DNA from: an uncultured Verrucomicrobiales bacterium
GTDB taxonomy: Bacteria; Verrucomicrobiota; Verrucomicrobiia; Verrucomicrobiales; DEV007
NCBI GenBank assembly: GCA_938091905.1
Contig: CALKOM010000089.1
Location: forward strand, 1 to 46,609
DNA length: 46,609 nt
Reading direction: 5' to 3'
Within the stretch, counting starts at the first letter, position 1. Each line of letters opens with the position of its first letter. This document shows, one piece after another, positions 10,073-19,893 of this stretch. The notes beneath the pieces were generated by a model, which was not told the DNA's origin, searched no databases, and saw nothing but the letters and a program-made list of their open reading frames with translations. A program made the translations under genes and the position numbers.

Positions 10073-11368
10073 ATGGCACGCACCAAGAAACGTCGTAGAA
10101 GACGCTGGATTCTTTTCATCCTGTTCCTCGCTTTGTTAGGTGGAGGTTGGCATTTCTGGAAGAAGAAGAACGCCCAAGAAAAGCCCACGAAGGTCGATGT
10201 GGAAAAGGTCACTCGACGCAATATCACGGAGAGTGTGGTCGCAACCGGACGCATTCACCCTGTGACCAAGGTGGTGATCAATCCAGAAGTGGCGGGTGAG
10301 ATTGTCTCGTTGCCAGTAGTAGAGGGGCAAGTTGTTAAGGAAGGCGACGTCCTCGTCAAGATCAAGGAAGACGACTATCTAGCCAGTCGAGATCTCTCGG
10401 AAGCCAGCCATCAAGGCTCTCTCGCTCAGCTTAAATTGAGCCGGGCAAATCGCGATAGAGCGATAGCTGATTTCAAGCGAACGGAAGCACTTTTTAAAGA
10501 TAAGCTCATTTCTGAAGCCGAGTTCCTCGCGGGCCGGACTGCTGCTGATGTGGCCCAGGCATCTTTCGAGGCATCTGGACATGGCGTTTCGCAAGCGAAG
10601 GCCTCACTGGACCGAGCCGTAGAGCAACTTAGCAAGACCATCATCTTGGCGCCGATCGATGGCACCGTCGTTCAACTCCGCTCCGAGAAAGGCGAGCGCG
10701 TCGTGGGAACATCCCTCATGTCAGGAACCGAGATCATGACCATCGCGCAACTAGACCGAATGGAAGCACGCGTAGAAGTAGGCGAGGTCGACGTCGTTTC
10801 GATCCAAGTCGGACAGAAAGTCACTCTTGAGGCTGATGCTTTCCGTGACGAGGAATTTACGGGAGAAGTGTCAGAAATTGCCAATGCCTCGAACACAGCC
10901 GCAATGTCAAACGCAGCGGCTTCCATGGTGTCCAATCAGCAAGCGACAAAGTTCCAAGTGAAAATACGAGTAAACGAAAAGACGGGCTTTCGTCCCGGAA
11001 TGTCTGTCACAGCATACATTGAAACTCGTTCAACCACCAATGTCCTCTCCATTCCTCGCCAAAGCGTGACGACACGCAAGAAAGTGCAGAGCGAGGACTC
11101 GGAAGAGAAAGAAGACGAAATCGCTGCACCCAAAGAGCGTAAGAAGAAGGGCTCTGAGAAGAAAGTCGACGAGATTGTGTTCCTCGTTGAAGGCAACAAA
11201 GCGAAACGCCAAACGGTTGAGGGCGGGATCAGCGACGATGATTATATCGAAATCAAGTCGGGACTGGAAGAAGGCCAAACCGTGGTAACAGGATCCTATA
11301 GCGCCATTGCCCGAGATTTAGATGACGAATCTCTCATTGAGGTGAAAGAGGACAAGAAGAAGCCATGA
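10073..11368 (+). CDS. Efflux periplasmic adaptor / membrane fusion protein (MacA-like)
   Basis: N-terminal TM anchor; lipoyl-like motifs [24 protein letters not shown] and [17 protein letters not shown]. Confidence 0.9.
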   Translation: MARTKKRRRRRWILFILFLALLGGGWHFWKKKNAQEKPTKVDVEKVTRRNITESVVATGRIHPVTKVVINPEVAGEIVSLPVVEGQVVKEGDVLVKIKEDDYLASRDLSEASHQGSLAQLKLSRANRDRAIADFKRTEALFKDKLISEAEFLAGRTAADVAQASFEASGHGVSQAKASLDRAVEQLSKTIILAPIDGTVVQLRSEKGERVVGTSLMSGTEIMTIAQLDRMEARVEVGEVDVVSIQVGQKVTLEADAFRDEEFTGEVSEIANASNTAAMSNAAASMVSNQQATKFQVKIRVNEKTGFRPGMSVTAYIETRSTTNVLSIPRQSVTTRKKVQSEDSEEKEDEIAAPKERKKKGSEKKVDEIVFLVEGNKAKRQTVEGGISDDDYIEIKSGLEEGQTVVTGSYSAIARDLDDESLIEVKEDKKKP

Positions 11369-12048
11369 GTCTCATAAAGATGGACGACCTAGCCCGCTCC
11401 TATGAGATGGGCAGTGAAACGGTCCATGCGCTCCGCGGGGTGACGGCCTCGATTGATAGCGGCGAGTATGTCGCGATCATGGGTCCCTCCGGCTCAGGGA
11501 AGTCGACTCTCATGAACATCCTCGGTTGCCTCGATACCCCGTCACGAGGCACCTACAAACTCAACGGCACCGACGTTTCCAGGCTAGCAGAGAATGAACT
11601 GGCTGATATACGCAATCGCGAGATCGGCTTTGTCTTTCAGACCTTTCACTTGCTGCCAAGGGTTTCCGCCCTTCGCAATGTCGAGATGCCGCTCGTCTAT
11701 GCAGGCACAGATCGCGATACACGGCGAGAAGAGGCTGAAGACGCACTTAAACGCGTGGGCCTAGGAGATCGCATGGATCATCGTCCTAACGAAATGTCGG
11801 GTGGCCAGCGGCAGCGTGTCGCCGTCGCTCGAGCTTTGGTCAATCGCCCTAGCATCATCCTTGCAGACGAACCCACTGGAAACCTCGATTCCACGACGGG
11901 CGAAGAAATCATGGGCCTCTTCAACGACCTATGGCGCGGTGGCAATACGATGATCATCGTGACGCATGAGGAAGAGGTGGCCCGGAACGCGAAACGTATT
12001 CTACGAATTCGCGATGGATTGCTAGCCAGCGATGAGCGCGTCGACTAG
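11365..12048 (+). CDS. ABC transporter ATP-binding protein (MacB/LolD-type, stand-alone ATPase)
   Basis: Walker [10 protein letters not shown], signature [15 protein letters not shown], Walker [13 protein letters not shown]-loop IVTHE. Confidence 0.95.
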   Translation: MSLIKMDDLARSYEMGSETVHALRGVTASIDSGEYVAIMGPSGSGKSTLMNILGCLDTPSRGTYKLNGTDVSRLAENELADIRNREIGFVFQTFHLLPRVSALRNVEMPLVYAGTDRDTRREEAEDALKRVGLGDRMDHRPNEMSGGQRQRVAVARALVNRPSIILADEPTGNLDSTTGEEIMGLFNDLWRGGNTMIIVTHEEEVARNAKRILRIRDGLLASDERVD

Positions 12049-12063
12049 GCTCAGGGCACCCTT

Positions 12064-12921
12064 ATGCACAATCCCACCCTCGGTCGTGTCTGCACGCTTT
12101 GCGTCATTGAAGCTCATGACCACGGCATGCTGCTTGAAGGCGGCGACCTTGGCGAGATCCTTCTCCCGACTCGCTACGTCACTGAGGGATTGAAAAGTGG
12201 CGATGAAATCGAGGTCTTTCTCTACACAGACTCGGAAGACCGGATCGTCGCGACCACGGATCGTCCCCTTGTGATGGCAGAGGAGTTCGCGTCTTTGAAA
12301 GTGGTCGATACGAATAACATCGGTGCCTTCTTAGACTGGGGCCTACCCAAGCACCTACTGCTCCCTTTCCGAGAGCAGCGACAGCGCGTCCGTGAAGGGC
12401 AGCAGGTGCTTGTCTATGTCAGGGTCGATCATGTCAGCGCACGGCTCGTCGCCTCAGCGAAGATCGACAAGTTTCTCGCCGAAACCGCTCCCATGGATGT
12501 GTTAGACGGCAGCAAAGTCGAACTCATCATCGCCGGGCAAAGTGACCTTGGGACCAATGTCATAGTCGATCACAACTACTGGGGCCTGATTCACCAAAGC
12601 GTGAGTAACGTGCCGCGCAGGGGCACTCGCTGCTCCGGCTATGTGGCCCGCATCCGCGACAACGGCCTTGCTGACATCACCCTACAACCACCCGGATACA
12701 AGCGCGTTTCCGGTGCGACTGAACAGTTGACGGAAGCCCTCGCTCAGGCCAACGACGGGTTCCTGCCCATTCATGATAAGAGCCCACCAGAAGAAATCAT
12801 GGCGTGTCTAGGTATGAGCAAGAAAATCTTCAAGCAAGCCCTCGGCACCCTCTATCGCGAACGACGCGTCCGCATCACAGCGAAAGGCATTCAACTGCTA
12901 GACAGCGATTCCAACCGCTAG
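12064..12921 (+). CDS. cvfB: CvfB/YitL family S1 RNA-binding protein
   Basis: VFLYTDSEDRIVAT, GAFLDWGLPKHLLLPFREQ, C-terminal winged helix DKSPPEEI...GMSKKIFKQALGTLYR. Confidence 0.88.
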   Translation: MHNPTLGRVCTLCVIEAHDHGMLLEGGDLGEILLPTRYVTEGLKSGDEIEVFLYTDSEDRIVATTDRPLVMAEEFASLKVVDTNNIGAFLDWGLPKHLLLPFREQRQRVREGQQVLVYVRVDHVSARLVASAKIDKFLAETAPMDVLDGSKVELIIAGQSDLGTNVIVDHNYWGLIHQSVSNVPRRGTRCSGYVARIRDNGLADITLQPPGYKRVSGATEQLTEALAQANDGFLPIHDKSPPEEIMACLGMSKKIFKQALGTLYRERRVRITAKGIQLLDSDSNR

Positions 12922-13313
12922 TCGTCCTTCGCCGGACGTTTCCGCAGCTGCTTCGTCTGCCCGCGCTTCCTTTTGCTTTCGACGATCTTCGCTTTCTGTC
13001 GAGGCGAGCGTTTGCGTTTCTGAAAACGGGTCTTCGCCCGTTTCTGGGCCTGACTTTGCTTCCGCGCCGCCGCCTTCTGCTCCAAAGCCTCACAAAGCCT
13101 TTTTCGCGCCTCAAACCGATTATCTTGGAGTGATCGACCGCCCTGACACTTCACCTCAATGCCACTACAGACATGTTTTAGAAAGACGCACGACGCCGTC
13201 TTGTTGATCTTCTGACCACCAGGACCCGAGCCTTTTACAAAACGCTCAATCAAGTCCTCTTCTTCAATGCCCAAAGCCGCCAGGCGCGCTTGGAGTATGG
13301 GATCTTCAATCAT
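12918..13313 (-). CDS. Codon-independent peptidyl-tRNA hydrolase / ribosome rescue factor (RF-1 GGQ domain, C12orf65-like)
   Basis: GSGPGGQKINKTASCVFLKH...GIEVKCQ..RS...NR plus a basic C-terminal tail. Start placed at ATG 13313 because the longer ORF start runs through the terminator hairpin. Confidence 0.85.
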   Translation of the reverse strand: MIEDPILQARLAALGIEEEDLIERFVKGSGPGGQKINKTASCVFLKHVCSGIEVKCQGGRSLQDNRFEARKRLCEALEQKAAARKQSQAQKRAKTRFQKRKRSPRQKAKIVESKRKRGQTKQLRKRPAKDD

Positions 13314-13331
13314 GGGAGACCAGTGTACAGC

Positions 13332-13365
13332 AAAGAGGGGAAGCGCGCGAACGCTTCCCCTCTTT
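13332..13365 (-). terminator. Intrinsic terminator after the PFOR gene, possibly bidirectional
   Basis: 14-bp inverted repeat AAAGAGGGGAAGCG / CGCTTCCCCTCTTT with a 6-nt loop, 16 nt downstream of the PFOR stop. Confidence 0.8.
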
Positions 13366-13381
13366 CTCAATCTAAATATCG

Positions 13382-16300
13382 CTACGCCTTGGCGGCTTCG
13401 AGTTCGGCGGCGTAGAGCTCAACAATCTTGCTCCGCAAGTCCTCCACGCTGATCTCACCCTTGTCCACCTTCGCAACCAGGGCCTTCTGCGCAACGTAAT
13501 CGAGGTTCACCTGGCCTGCCTTGCTCTGCAACATGCGCCAGGCCTTGCGGCGCTCGACACAAAAGAGAACCGTCTGACGCGAGACCAGCAAATGCTTCAT
13601 CTTACCGCCCATCTCCGCGATGATGTAGACACCAAAGTCGGGAACGAAACTACGGTGGTTCTCATCAAATACCCGACGCTTAATGACGTCTTCTTGCGTA
13701 ATGAGAGGCAGAATCTCGTCGAGGTGAATAAACTCGGCAGCTTCCTCTTCCTTGATCGGCTTGAGGTGCTTGCGGAATCGGGCTTCCGTCGTTGCCCAGT
13801 GCGCCACCGTGTAGTTGTATTTGCTCTTGTCAGAGTAGGTTCCCTGGTACCAGTCGCGATTCAAGTTCGGATTGCCTTTGAGCTGGAAACACTCGGTCGT
13901 CATCTCGCCACCGTCTGGATTAAAGACGAATTCTGGCATGCCGCGAGAGTCACGCGCAAGCTTGGCTTGATGAGCTGACTGGTCATCCGCCACCCCATGC
14001 TCCGGCTGACACGTGGTGTAGGCCTGGAAGAAAGCCATTCCGCGATACTCAACCCCTTCGAGCAGCGCTTGGTAGAGCTTGCCTGAATTGGCCATGGAAA
14101 CCTGCGCAATGTAAGGGCTGCCGTGACCACTCGTAAGGATCTCGGCCACATTCTTCTTCTCATTCAACTTACCTTGAGAAGCCTTGCCATACTGGTTCAT
14201 GTCGTAACCACCCATCATGTTGGAACTATCCGAGTTCTGACCACCGGTGTTGGAATACACCTGCGTGTCTAGCATGATACCGTTAATGTTTGGGCGGTTC
14301 TGCAAGACGAGCTTGGAGAGGTTCTGGAAACCGATGTCTCCCAAAGCGCCATCACCACCAACAAGCCAGACTTTCGGCAACTCACGGATTTCCTGATCGG
14401 TCATTTCAACCTCCGTGAGATGCGTGAGATCCCAGTAGCCTCCGTCGTCAATGACACCTGATCCAGAGTTCGCCGCAGTCTCTTCACCGAGAAGCGCTTT
14501 CGCGAGTCTCTCAGGAGCGACTGAACGACGCGCATGCTGGAGCATGTGACTCTCACCTAACAACCAAGAGATGGTGGGACCGTCTTGAAAGAGCGAGTTC
14601 ATCCATGGATACGGATGCGGGTTGGACGGCGGTGTGGATCCATAAACCGTGTTACACCCGGTCGAGGCCCCCATGAACATGGTCGCCATGCCGTTGGCCA
14701 TTCGCCCATCGGTGGCTTGCAGATGCTTGTGATTGAAGGCGTCAACACGCAAGACGCTGATGACAGCAGAAATGATGTCTTCGTCAGAGATGATGCCGTT
14801 CTCAGCCAATCGCTTCTGGGTGTCCTCTTCGTTCTCGCCACCGAGTCCCATGATGACGTGAGCAACAGCCTTCTTGAAGAGCTCATACTCAACTTCATCG
14901 CTCGCCTTCAACCCTTGCAGTTTCGCAAGTCCATCCGCCTCCAGCGCTGCCGCATGATCCATGAGACGATCTGCCTTCTTATGATACATCGGACGCATGT
15001 AGGCTTCTGTGACCGAGGCGATCGCACGAAGAATGGACTTCTCCCCACAACCAGCACACGCACCGTCCCCCGAAACAAGCGCTTCATAGTTACGGCGCAC
15101 CATGAGGTGGTTCCGCAAGGCCGCAGGACGCGAATCTTGCGGCGACTCATCTTGATAAAGACCGAGATACTTCTGCGGCGTGTCAGGCAAGAGACGCGAG
15201 AAGATTTGCGCACTCGTGAGCGTCTGATTCAACTCTTCCGTGTCCGGCACCATGACAAGCGCGCCATGATCCCCACACTCTTTCACACACTCACCGCACC
15301 CCTTACACAAATCACTGACAAAGATCGAGAACACCCCGCCTTGGCCAGGCTTCTTCTTCTCCACAGATTTGAAGATGGCCGGCACCTTGCTATAGGCGAT
15401 TGGCACATGATCAAGAATGCCAAAGAGCTGCTCCTTAGCATCTTCCGAGATACCACTGTTTAACCCAGTCACTTCTTCCTTGATGATATCTTTGAAAGGC
15501 GTCTTCTCTTTCGCTTCGATGTCCGCGTTCATCCGCGCACGCGCCCGCTCCTCCACACCAGGAAGTTGATCGAGCATGAGCTGCTGCTGCTCCGCACCTT
15601 TGACATAGTTCCGCACCATTGTGCCAAGCATGGTAGAAACTTCCTGCGCCGTGTTCGGCAGAGCGGTGTCAGGGCAAGCCGTGATACACTCCATGCATTG
15701 CGTGCAGTTCTCCGGAATATAGAGAGGCGTTTCACGACGCGCGACATACTTGGACGCCGTCGCTCCCGTGCCAGCCGCCATCACACCGACCGATGCCAGC
15801 GCTCCCGCAGGTTGATGGTACCCGAGACCGTTGCGATACTCACCATCAAATTTCGCTAGTGTCTGCACCGGATGCTTCGCCTTCTGATCCGCAGGCGCAT
15901 CGACATTTGTCAGGCTAGACATGGTACAACCAGCCGTCGGCAAGATCGTATGATCGCCTTGGGGAACCAAAGGATCGAGACGCATGTTCGAGCGGTCTTC
16001 CGCTTCAATCTCGCCATACTTGATCTCCTGGACCTTGTCGTAGCCATCATGCATAACCTTCATGTTTGACTCGACCACGGCATCGCCAAAGCGTCCAAAC
16101 TTCCTCACATACTGAGCACGCACGACTTCGTCGAACTTCGACTCATCGATGCCAAAGACTTTGAAGAATGGAGACACTTTAAAGAAGCCACCGAGGAATG
16201 AATTTCCCTGCATCCGCAGTTGCAAGTCAGGACGGCTCGTCGCCGCTTTCGCAATGGCAAAGCCCGGAAGGATGAAGACCCGGATCTTGTTCTCCTTCAC

Positions 16301-18064
16301 AAATTCCCGGTACTTCTTTGGTATCCGCGTCCAGGCAACTTCAGGAGATTCGTTCGACTCCCAAACGAGAGCACCTCCCGGTTTTAGTCCTGCTAAGGGG
16401 TTCGTGTGTGTGAAGGCTTTCGGATCACAACACAGCACGATGTCCACGTGATTGAGCTCGCAGTTCACGCGCACAGGCTTTGGTGCAGCCACGAGATAGT
16501 AATTCGTCGGCGCCCCTTTCTTTTCCGAACCGTACTTCGGGTTCGCATTCACAAAGAGGCTCTCTTCACCATGCTCTTGCTTTAGGAGATGACCAAACTC
16601 ACCGACAATCTCGCCAAGATTCTTACCCGTCGTGATCATCCCCCACCCTCCAATCGAGTGGAAGCGTGCCGCAATAGCGCCTTCTGGCAAGAGCGATGGC
16701 GTGTCCTTCGAAATGACAGCGTAAGGATGATCGACACCGAGAACGAAGAAATTCGCCCCATCGGCAGCGGTCTTGCCATCGGTGCGAGCAGTCGCCCCGG
16801 TAGCGAACTCGTAGGCCCCTAACGTATGCTCAGGGCGGAAATCGCGAGAGCCAATCCCGTAGGCACCTCCAAAGAGACGAGGCATGTCGTCCGGCGTAAT
16901 CGCTCCAACTGTCGTATTCGCCCCTTTGTTTGCTTCGGCCGCCTTTGTCAAGGCCACGCGAATGTCGCGGCCTAACGGATTGTCACCTGCCAAACCTTCG
17001 TCCGTCCGCTCAATGATGATCACGTTCTTCTTACCACGCAGCGCCTCAACGATTGCCGCCTCAGGGAATGGGCGAATCACATTCACGTGAATGGAGCCCA
17101 CCTTCGCACTGCGTTGATCGCGCAGGTAATCACAAGCTTCCTCAATATTCTCTGCGGCACAACCGAGACTGACGAACACCGTGTCCGCGTCCTCACATTT
17201 GTACTGATCGAGAAGCCCATAGCGACGCCCCGTAAGATCACCAAACTCTTTGAAGGCCTCTTCCAAATAACCCAGGATCGGCTCGTTCCAATTATTCCGA
17301 CGTGCCACCACACCATTCATATGATGCTCCTGGTTCTGCACCGGCCCCAACAAGAGAGGATTTTTCAGATCCATCATGGCGGGCACCCGACGACGACGCG
17401 GCCCAAAGAGTTCCTTCTGGGTCTCGGTCGGACATTCAACCTCATCCCGTGCATCGCCTAAGAACTCGCGCAGGAACTCCGCCTCGGGCATAAGCCAGGC
17501 GCGCTCGGAGTGCGTGGTAAGCATACCGTCCTGCACGTTCATTCCAGGATTCAGAGAAATCTCGTTTACCTTGCGCAAGATGATGCCTTGGTCGGCAGCT
17601 TGCTGCGCATCCTTGGCAAAGAGGATCGTCCAACCGGTATCGAGCGCCGAGTAGATGTCGTCGTGGCCACAATGCACGTTAAGAGCGTGCTTGGTCAGCG
17701 CGCGAGCTCCAACTTGGAGCACCATGGTCGAACACTTGCCCGGTGCATGATAGTACTGCTCCATGGCATAGGCCAGCCCCTGGCCGGACGTGAAATTCAC
17801 CACGCGGCGACCAGTGACCGCCAAGGCGGTCGCCCCACCTTGAGCAGCGTGCTCACCTTCGGTCTCAATCGCGATCTTCTGGTTGCCCCACACATCGAGC
17901 TCACCCTGAGCGAACGACTGTTGGTAAAGTTCACCGCCCTCCGTGGACGGCGTGATGGGGTAAAACACCCCACCCTCTGTGATTCGCGTTTCTACATATT
18001 TGGCCACCAACGTGTTACCGTTGCAGGTGATCCGAATTCCGGGATACTTGGGTTGATCAGACAT
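13382..18064 (-). CDS. Pyruvate:ferredoxin (flavodoxin) oxidoreductase, single-chain long form (NifJ/PFOR-like)
   Basis: FYPITPS; EGEHAA; FTSGQGL; domain III SIGGWG...KYGSEKKG; two ferredoxin motifs CTQCMECITACP and CKGCGECVKEC; ACAGCGE; GCNTVYG; TPP motif GGDG...LDTQVYSNTGGQ. Confidence 0.92.
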   Translation of the reverse strand: MSDQPKYPGIRITCNGNTLVAKYVETRITEGGVFYPITPSTEGGELYQQSFAQGELDVWGNQKIAIETEGEHAAQGGATALAVTGRRVVNFTSGQGLAYAMEQYYHAPGKCSTMVLQVGARALTKHALNVHCGHDDIYSALDTGWTILFAKDAQQAADQGIILRKVNEISLNPGMNVQDGMLTTHSERAWLMPEAEFLREFLGDARDEVECPTETQKELFGPRRRRVPAMMDLKNPLLLGPVQNQEHHMNGVVARRNNWNEPILGYLEEAFKEFGDLTGRRYGLLDQYKCEDADTVFVSLGCAAENIEEACDYLRDQRSAKVGSIHVNVIRPFPEAAIVEALRGKKNVIIIERTDEGLAGDNPLGRDIRVALTKAAEANKGANTTVGAITPDDMPRLFGGAYGIGSRDFRPEHTLGAYEFATGATARTDGKTAADGANFFVLGVDHPYAVISKDTPSLLPEGAIAARFHSIGGWGMITTGKNLGEIVGEFGHLLKQEHGEESLFVNANPKYGSEKKGAPTNYYLVAAPKPVRVNCELNHVDIVLCCDPKAFTHTNPLAGLKPGGALVWESNESPEVAWTRIPKKYREFVKENKIRVFILPGFAIAKAATSRPDLQLRMQGNSFLGGFFKVSPFFKVFGIDESKFDEVVRAQYVRKFGRFGDAVVESNMKVMHDGYDKVQEIKYGEIEAEDRSNMRLDPLVPQGDHTILPTAGCTMSSLTNVDAPADQKAKHPVQTLAKFDGEYRNGLGYHQPAGALASVGVMAAGTGATASKYVARRETPLYIPENCTQCMECITACPDTALPNTAQEVSTMLGTMVRNYVKGAEQQQLMLDQLPGVEERARARMNADIEAKEKTPFKDIIKEEVTGLNSGISEDAKEQLFGILDHVPIAYSKVPAIFKSVEKKKPGQGGVFSIFVSDLCKGCGECVKECGDHGALVMVPDTEELNQTLTSAQIFSRLLPDTPQKYLGLYQDESPQDSRPAALRNHLMVRRNYEALVSGDGACAGCGEKSILRAIASVTEAYMRPMYHKKADRLMDHAAALEADGLAKLQGLKASDEVEYELFKKAVAHVIMGLGGENEEDTQKRLAENGIISDEDIISAVISVLRVDAFNHKHLQATDGRMANGMATMFMGASTGCNTVYGSTPPSNPHPYPWMNSLFQDGPTISWLLGESHMLQHARRSVAPERLAKALLGEETAANSGSGVIDDGGYWDLTHLTEVEMTDQEIRELPKVWLVGGDGALGDIGFQNLSKLVLQNRPNINGIMLDTQVYSNTGGQNSDSSNMMGGYDMNQYGKASQGKLNEKKNVAEILTSGHGSPYIAQVSMANSGKLYQALLEGVEYRGMAFFQAYTTCQPEHGVADDQSAHQAKLARDSRGMPEFVFNPDGGEMTTECFQLKGNPNLNRDWYQGTYSDKSKYNYTVAHWATTEARFRKHLKPIKEEEAAEFIHLDEILPLITQEDVIKRRVFDENHRSFVPDFGVYIIAEMGGKMKHLLVSRQTVLFCVERRKAWRMLQSKAGQVNLDYVAQKALVAKVDKGEISVEDLRSKIVELYAAELEAAKA

Positions 18065-18245
18065 AAAGAGTTAAAAAGGACTGAAGTTAATCCTAGCCAC
18101 CTAATATACTGAGATTTCGAAAGGCCGAGTAGCAAGACAAGAAGAAAGCGTTTCCTTTGGACAGATCCATAGGGGCCCCATAATTTCCGTAATTAATTGG
18201 AATGAATCCCGGTACTGAGTTCATCGGGCCGTAGCTCGATCGGGT

Positions 18246-19870
18246 ATGGTCTTTAAAGGCCACCGCGACCAATCTGAGTGGGTGCGTCCGGTGATCTCAA
18301 CGGTCTTCGGATTAGGTGTAGCTTCTGCCCCGGGTGGATTACCAGACGTGCAGCCGACGAGCCAGCAAGACTCCCTCTCAACCGATGCTGTCGAAAGTCG
18401 ACACAGAACGAAGGGCGCTGCTTAGGTGGAGAGACCCGAAGATGGGTCCGTCTTTCGAACGATGCCCTTTTGCCGAAATCTACGATGATCTCGAATCACG
18501 CTACCGCCAGCCGATCCCCGGCGAGGCCAAGAGACTTTTCACGACCCGCTGAGCAGAAGTCTATCCTCACGCTGTATTAATCTTTTTAGAGAACACAGAG
18601 ACACCTGCGCTCTCGCGGCTCTATGGTAAGCCTGGCATCAGCTCGACCACCGCGCCGTCCTCAAGGCGCAGGTTACTGAGGGAGAGCGCCTAGATCTACA
18701 CGCCGCAGCGGCAGAAAGCCCACAAGCAGTCCTAGGTGCGATACGGGAATTGACTGAGGATCAACGTCGACAGGCCACCAGGAGTGAGGGCGTTCTTGGC
18801 ATTGGAGTCTTTAGAAAGCGGTCTCACAAAGATCTCGAAGGAGTCTTGGAAGAATTACTAACACTGCAATATAACAATACTGCCGGAGCCCTCTTTACAG
18901 AATGCCAGCTTTCCTGGGATTACCAGACCACGATCAGGGGAGTAGGCACTGGCATTATTTCACGAATGAGAAAAGACGATCCCGCTTCGGCCTTTGCTTG
19001 GATGCAGAAGTTCGTATCCAAAGAACATTAGCATGAGGTGGCCAAAAGTGCCATTGGCCGAGCCGCTGCCGTGACCAAGCCTCGCGAGTACATTCGAGCC
19101 ATGGCCGCGCTACCGAAAGAAGCACTCTTGGTGGCATACGCATGAACCCCCAAGAGACTAACATTAAGGCTAACTTTAAAGCTACTACTAAGCTGCCTGC
19201 AACACAAAGCAGTGACAGGATAGTATCCCAGGTGCTGCGAGGCTGGGATACACTGGCACCTGCAATTACTCTCAGCGCCGTTGACTAGCTGCCTACGGAA
19301 ATACGAGAACAAGCACACTTTTCCTGTAAGTTGAACAATTGGTTCGCCGGGAAGTGGAATCGGGACTCACCGATCTCTTGATGGTTCAGTTACCCGAAAC
19401 TGAAGAGAAGCAGGAGCTTCGGCGAGATCAGATTAGCAGACTAATATATTCCAATCCAGAACACGCCATCGCTTTGTTAGAAGCACTTGCCCCCTAGCAG
19501 CGAAAAGGGCTACACGAACACCTCGGCTACGAACTAGCACGAACAGATCCACAGCTTGGTTTGACTTGGGCCACCAGAGTTGAGGGGGTGACCGCAAGGA
19601 TACCGTTCAAAGGCTTTTTCAAGAATGGTGCGGCAATGCACCGACAGCAGTGGTCGACGCCTACGACAATCTAGAATCACAAGCAGATCGCCAAGCAGTC
19701 CTGGCCGGTATGGCGCACGGTTGGGCAAATGAAACCTCTGGCCGAGATGAGCTTCGGCTCCCGAAGGACTATCAGTCTACAAATGAGATCGTCGACGATT
19801 CTTAGGTGAACAAACATAGCATCGACAACGCCACCGGATTCTTTTCGGAAAATCCCATGAGCAACGATGA
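18246..19870 (+). pseudogene. Heavily decayed gene for a membrane-anchored helical-repeat protein
   Basis: Fragments in alternating frames, broken by many stops and frameshifts: VISTVFGLGVA (TM-like), RMRKDDPASAFAWMQKF, LGYELARTDPQLGLTWA, RQAVLAGMAHGWANE. Boundaries approximate. Confidence 0.6.
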
Positions 19871-19893
19871 CTTCGCCGTCGCCATGAGACAGA

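Noticed and set aside
14585..15463. Long antisense/alternative-frame ORFs (14585..15463; also 28246..29154, 41138..41977, 32365..33012)
   Set aside because: Shadows of well-supported genes on the opposite strand, with no motifs of their own
18169..18181. Near-palindrome ATAGGGGCCCCAT upstream of PFOR as an operator
   Set aside because: Single short occurrence with no recognisable consensus (no FNR TTGAT-N4-ATCAA); could be chance
18225..18300. CGGGCCGTAGCTCGATCGGGTA resembles the 5' end of a tRNA
   Set aside because: No D-stem complement, no GTTCRA T-arm and no matching acceptor 3' strand or CCA
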